From Candidatus Omnitrophota bacterium (GTDB lineage Bacteria > Omnitrophota > Omnitrophia > Omnitrophales > Omnitrophaceae): a stretch of 64,000 nucleotides of DNA. The position numbers and the translations under genes were made by a program. The stretch is taken from assembly GCA_029561555.1 (NCBI GenBank), contig JAKQXH010000055.1, forward strand, positions 20,263 to 84,262. The letters run 5' to 3'. Below are positions 61,901 to 64,000 of the stretch, one piece after another; position 1 is the first letter of the stretch; the number at the start of each line of letters is the position of its first letter. The notes below the pieces were generated by a model. It made no database searches. It saw nothing but the letters and a program-made list of their open reading frames with translations, and was not told the origin of the DNA.

Positions 61901-64000
61901 GAAAATATTCGGTCCCGATCCGCATTGAATCTAACCTTTCAAAAATAACCGCGATTTCGTCAAATGACCGTTGCAAGCCGTCGAAAGTCTCCCGCAATTG
62001 CTCCGCCATTCCCCGGATTTTCTCCCGAAGCGTGATTTCTCCGGCCACAAAATCGCCTAAATACGCGATCATTTCAAAAAGGTCCTGATGGGACCCGGCA
62101 AAAACCGTCCGGGCGCTTTCAACAATTTCCGCGACTTTCTGAGACTGTTCCGCGTTGAGCGCGAGCAGCATTTCCTTGAAGAATTTCTCCACCAAAGTCA
62201 CCGTCGTCTCATCCAAAAGCTGGGAAGGATTGATCCCCCGGTAACGGAAAGCGGGCCGGGCGTGCTGAAGCAGGGCCTGCCATTCCCCGGTCTCGCCCAT
62301 GAATTCCCTCGACAAAGGTTCGGAATCCTGCAGCTTCTGTCTCAATTCTTCCAAATCCCCTCTTAATCCTTCGGACATCGGCCCGGGGACCGTGTGAATA
62401 AAATTGATGATGATATTTTTAATGTCATGAACGGACGTCTGAATATGCCCCGCACTCCGGTTCATGTTGAGCACGCTCTTCACTTCGGCATCCATCCGGA
62501 GGCGTTCCAGAACCAATACGAGAAGCTCGGCCGTCAGCATGAGGTAGCGCAATTTGATCTGGCGGTCGCGCTCGCCCGAAAACAACGGCTCCGGCCGGTC
62601 CGGTTCCGTATCGGACAGAGCTTTCTGCCATTTGTCCAGATGCAGCAGATAGGCCGGCCCCTGGTCCATCATGCTCGCCGGCATGTAAACCCCGACATGC
62701 ATCAATTCTTCGACGCGGGACGGATGCCCGTCGCCGAATTCCGCGACATCTTTCGTGAATTGTTCCTCGCTGACTTCTCCCGAGCTCAAAAGGTCGCTCC
62801 GTTTCGGAGTCACCAGGATCGGGTCCTCCCCCTCCCGGAGCGCCCGTTCGAAATAATTCAACGCCCGCAATTTTTCATCCGTCGCGACGGATTCGGTCAA
62901 ATGCCGGCTCGTCCGGAATTTCCCGGACGAAGCCACCAACTCCCGCTCGACCGTCCAAACGCCGTCCTTGTTTTTCTTCACTTTGTAAAGCATCGCCCGG
63001 CTGAACCCGAACACGGAAATCGCCGCGGCGGTAAAAACCGCTTCCGCTTCCTCGCGGCTTTGCACAGAAAACAGTTTCAGGAAAAGACTGTGGAGATGAT
63101 AAATATTGAGCCGGTCCGAAGTATAAGACGTGATATCGCTGAGCGGCGTCTGATCCATGAGAACCAAAATCGCCGCGCGAAGCAGGGCAATCGAGGTTTC
63201 CCGGGAGATTCCCGCCGCCGGGACTTCGGCGGATTGGGCTTTCCGGAAAATCGACGCAAGCTCCGGAATTTCCAGCTGAGTCTGTTTTAACCGGTCGTTC
63301 TCCGCCGCAATTTTTTCGACCGCTTTCCGGTCCACGGAACGGTCGGCCATTTGCAGGACAGTCGTTGTCGCCGCCCGGCCCGCATCCAAAGCAGGCTCCA
63401 GGCGCTGGGCGATCGCATCCGGAATCCCCAAAACGCTCAGGACATCCAGGGGTTCCGTCCGGAAAGAATCTTCCAAGGCCGCCGTCTTCTGTTCCAAGTC
63501 ATGGCATGAAAAACCGAAAGAAAAAAGATTGATATTCAACGGGCCAAGCAATACGTCCCGGTCAAGCCGGTCCAAGCTTCTAATCGCCTCGTTGGCATTG
63601 ACCGCCTCCATAAGCGGGACCAATGTGTTTTCGATCGGCCCCCGCATCTCTCCGATTAATCCCTGGACGCGGGCAAGATATTCGTCAATCGCCCGAAAGT
63701 CCTCCGGTTCCAAAACACTCCGGCCCAACGTCATCACCAATTGCCCAGCAAGTTCCCGGTCCTTCTCCTGAAGCCTCCTTGACAGGGCGTGAAGATTCCT
63801 GAAATCAACCGGAGCGCCCCCCAGGGAAGCCCCGGTTGCAATCTCTCCTCCCAAAGCCGCCCATTCCAACTCTCCCCAGAAATCGATTTTCTCCTCTTCC
63901 CGTTCCGGAGGCAGATAACTTTGAACGATCCGGTACGCGAGATCCTGAATTTCGGCTTTTAGGATTTCCCGTATTTCCGGATCAACGGCAAAATAAAGAA
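55932..64000 (-). CDS. Giant mosaic protein 3, C-terminal >=2688 aa; the 5' end lies beyond the right window edge
   Basis: The reading frame is open from 55935 to the last base of the window. The 'start' at 63869 in the ORF track is an internal TTG (Leu); the upstream codons read ...EREEEKIDFWGE-LEWAALGGEIATGASLG. Cassettes: a sensor-kinase-like unit (H-box-like SVHDIKNII; HATPase_c FKDSGIGI, GTGLGL; aa ~470-852). A GT35 alpha-glucan phosphorylase (HGGLGVLFGE, FFTHTLVSAGIDRF, RRIVNYKR, LEASGTSGMK; aa 860-1765). An adenosine/AMP-deaminase-like unit (LPKQDVHAHIS, HAIDFSGKE, FHLGDT, IGHGM; aa 1771-2364). The family C-cap follows, ending ...RIAVAA. Confidence 0.9.
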   Translation of the reverse strand, partial: LYFAVDPEIREILKAEIQDLAYRIVQSYLPPEREEEKIDFWGELEWAALGGEIATGASLGGAPVDFRNLHALSRRLQEKDRELAGQLVMTLGRSVLEPEDFRAIDEYLARVQGLIGEMRGPIENTLVPLMEAVNANEAIRSLDRLDRDVLLGPLNINLFSFGFSCHDLEQKTAALEDSFRTEPLDVLSVLGIPDAIAQRLEPALDAGRAATTTVLQMADRSVDRKAVEKIAAENDRLKQTQLEIPELASIFRKAQSAEVPAAGISRETSIALLRAAILVLMDQTPLSDITSYTSDRLNIYHLHSLFLKLFSVQSREEAEAVFTAAAISVFGFSRAMLYKVKKNKDGVWTVERELVASSGKFRTSRHLTESVATDEKLRALNYFERALREGEDPILVTPKRSDLLSSGEVSEEQFTKDVAEFGDGHPSRVEELMHVGVYMPASMMDQGPAYLLHLDKWQKALSDTEPDRPEPLFSGERDRQIKLRYLMLTAELLVLVLERLRMDAEVKSVLNMNRSAGHIQTSVHDIKNIIINFIHTVPGPMSEGLRGDLEELRQKLQDSEPLSREFMGETGEWQALLQHARPAFRYRGINPSQLLDETTVTLVEKFFKEMLLALNAEQSQKVAEIVESARTVFAGSHQDLFEMIAYLGDFVAGEITLREKIRGMAEQLRETFDGLQRSFDEIAVIFERLDSMRIGTEYFLEEQQVGMADMRGVYASFRGEVETLRELVSGELQEPAYFIENVDLEAFIPELVQKFAIKTHGDEKTGDPVFAISIREGLLPVLADRYKLRRVLSELFYNGKKYGGSRVEVNIYPEEQGGRQWVRIDFKDSGIGISEEDREKVFGGFFRAANARQAAQGTGLGLSGGRRDVEGMGGELFIAGTALGQGTTFSLRLEASSGASLGDSGEQAEVIRFLEEQKINFDPRFNYRAQKLREKPVTEWNEDDRAEYRALVEESRKAYDWMLGWFRNSPDYESLKGHPPVLLSMEGVVSAVEQGVGPRLTSFHGGLGVLFGEWIRAIAYLGGVTSLNPQSEAPEFLIFIPDYEKGVTVSQVDDFGYPVLDARESLRPGDYGIEYFKDPAKPDQPFQVEVPLYEGAPPVYVRFRLVKVGAIQLIMPSTDFEENRDYGVRKIFEELYKGYTSSRARFEQEWIAGLAAYEFKKKLGIPNGGPAHLNETATFPYLIGLVRDYMEEGYTYDEAMELVGSQVVFFTHTLVSAGIDRFNERGDQALRLGDNIRIYFEKSSKEEVRRQAGDVARWMIHGKSTEIDGRQVQLPGFQKRDQPYSYLPLNFIVRLAHTFGGSVAAVSQLNAIQAGNFFVDEGILSREEVAQRPVIGITNAVDHLFWMIPELCEAMNWEKADLTERTPEAILDSEDPRAGEVIKLLGPDKDVAQALEHGAEFRIDDGNLWRILRENKVKAVEMVRQTVKAQYIRETEKLKKILARKERSPEDLERIARQLHVWRTRWARWIGIPNSEEWVTSWEHLPLSEQEPFIRQLQSSELTHLLDPDLFLSVWARRIVNYKRMLLTVFGKFLPEVESRLRSDYTLSPEELENIIRDMDGKGAFEPFIKLVVEQGVQILFAGKTFSHDGRSSVALLHRVIEHLSKRHPEIQDRVIFLEGYDETKSQYLVRGADNWLNTPKRPLEASGTSGMKVSGGEDEFAPPTGDGWGASGVLDHLNGRVGPVIPDVYSQDHPDLWPKEIKEQHPEMVERYLAAEAENHLRMMAEEAQLFYQADKTEWLRRVRRWVYYTALVYDIRREFTGGIVPSFNAEIPGGPEGSITDLYVNAIRKLEETRAAIAARREAVARGASLGEAFSAEEVVARARNYLLHQLDGSSESLIFQNEVLRTRPLSDSRRENILALIYVFAREIERNENQALLSVLERSLERLEQEKSKLANSVRDLLEIFRVTPVNQALNIRLIQKNLAYQALIWLIRALPKQDVHAHISFSTQPEWIGEQIAGQEEKFKERFQDRVAQIDNDAESPDRETRERGQRQQRTASYQITKYFVEYFRTTGKWPDESIARKEVRDIFDGKPFVGDARPTGTGNARDITVVSDDDFVASVEHAVGQYFRDGVRQVELRFNPYKSYMKEEVEARAAELQAKGKKQEDANSQAMMERLNAMLLMLSEKVSDLEAEANKSYGAGLHPHQVRFVFSLNQVEKPLAEVSQTVDALIQLKQDMNIPYRERLHAIDFSGKEVAEEGYFANPEPWQGILIRAQNAGFKIKFHLGDTTNVRGENEDPATHLENSIGVLKGLRDKGIHLEAIGHGMIFNSIVEQRNSADGARSEVDNTANPEEWQEELRTLAREGVVIEAAPSDFIFGGNRSVYRIFRWREVAGAVPEEERRGRIYQPIVDGNTIMTCTLSQWLTRILLAAPKEENPLTVAELLSKVAPQDEFLAPISLPEAEGSSLGTVAGKEAESDMPRELKTYLAREGRPAFPVVAQAAFYFGDGILFMPGLPLPVLDWAVRRSAEEKATGGIPDKETLAAGQAFSRGELDQAIFEALGIRQGRSLRESMPLIVSENVLQVPRDEVKTTVAEIANHILQAGDLLVVAHGDKKPELFGSLRGLAKARGFRVISRRKELLTKEEVLRLQESFDGEPILLGHLKEGFLNPEMPGQKIALDLKTLKEAGMSPLKILALLRQIGDNPDQFGKIGFRKESGQWIVGSEFVTKIVALYAAQRRIAVAA

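Noticed and set aside
2413-63290. Dozens of 60-340-aa ORFs overlapping the three giant genes on the opposite strand or in other frames (for example 2413..3381 +, 5002..5736 +, 41012..41728 +, 44162..45055 +, 46031..47065 +, 58470..59225 +, 60075..60980 +, 62394..63290 +)
   Set aside because: All are low-complexity, Arg/Pro/Phe-rich translations without domains. They are the expected by-products of long GC-biased coding regions. The giant frames contain many independent, ordered family motifs.
2425-64000. The GASLG sites as copies of a DNA-level repeat, mobile-element scar or assembly/chimera artefact
   Set aside because: The 21 sites use different synonymous codons, including both Ser codon families (TCN and AGY), and they have unrelated flanking nucleotides. 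Only the peptide is conserved. The shared N- and C-caps also argue against random chimeric assembly.
2425-64000. Giant ORFs explained by a reassigned stop codon or by operons fused through sequencing errors
   Set aside because: They are open in the standard code. Stop-codon reassignment would create extra apparent stops in a standard translation, not remove them. About 45 flanking genes have normal lengths and end at TAA, TAG or TGA. Three independent runs of 8-11 kb without a single stop, each with conserved junction peptides, are not consistent with sporadic errors.
1-64000. Search for CRISPR arrays, IS elements/transposases, integrases, prophage genes, and rRNA or tRNA genes
   Set aside because: I saw no short direct-repeat/spacer arrays, no DDE, tyrosine- or serine-recombinase-like ORFs, no terminal inverted repeats and no cloverleaf-compatible tRNA sequences on either strand. 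The giant genes are flanked by ordinary housekeeping genes rather than mobility genes.

Overview
Bacterial chromosomal window, almost fully coding and strongly biased to the minus strand. The gene content (lpxA, an outer-membrane beta-barrel, long-form ispH, an MqnA/D-type gene, a TIGR04073-type small protein) points to a diderm bacterium. The taxon cannot be fixed from this window. About 45 ordinary genes are present: a partial TPP decarboxylase, an M24 peptidase, ferredoxin, queD/queC, lpxA, ispH, four HAD hydrolases, htpX, a kinase-dCMP deaminase fusion, mutY, a ygfZ-like gene, D-aminoacylase, an AmmeMemoRadiSam radical SAM enzyme, REC-PAS-GGDEF-EAL, nfi, an rsmB-like gene, glgC, an aminotransferase, Lrp/AsnC, and a NikR-controlled NikM-PDGLE-NikQ-NikO nickel ECF transporter with a TATTATT-N11-AATAATA operator. 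The outstanding content is three giant minus-strand ORFs that fill about 46% of the window: 2425..13290 (3621 aa), 38351..49180 (3609 aa) and 55932..>64000 (at least 2688 aa, still open at the window edge). They form one family. The two complete members have a Sec-type signal peptide and a shared N-terminal cap of about 520 aa. All three share a C-terminal cap ending in -AA. Between the caps lies a variable string of complete, mutually unrelated, enzyme-sized cassettes: histidine-kinase ATPase, Bud32/RIO-like kinase, two SAM methyltransferases (one PrmA-like), a DapA-like lyase, Fic, a beta-glucan (alpha/alpha)6 hydrolase-like unit with a fossil Tat signal, a multi-TM block, a GT35 alpha-glucan phosphorylase and an adenosine-deaminase-like unit. 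Nearly every cassette boundary carries the same pentapeptide [G/A/V]-x-S-L-G (21 sites, 10 of them exact GASLG), encoded by non-identical codons. This polyprotein-like or multi-effector-like organisation does not match any system I know. I found no rRNA, tRNA, CRISPR, transposase or integrase. One highly structured intergenic segment of about 330 nt (38011..38345) is a candidate unclassified ncRNA.
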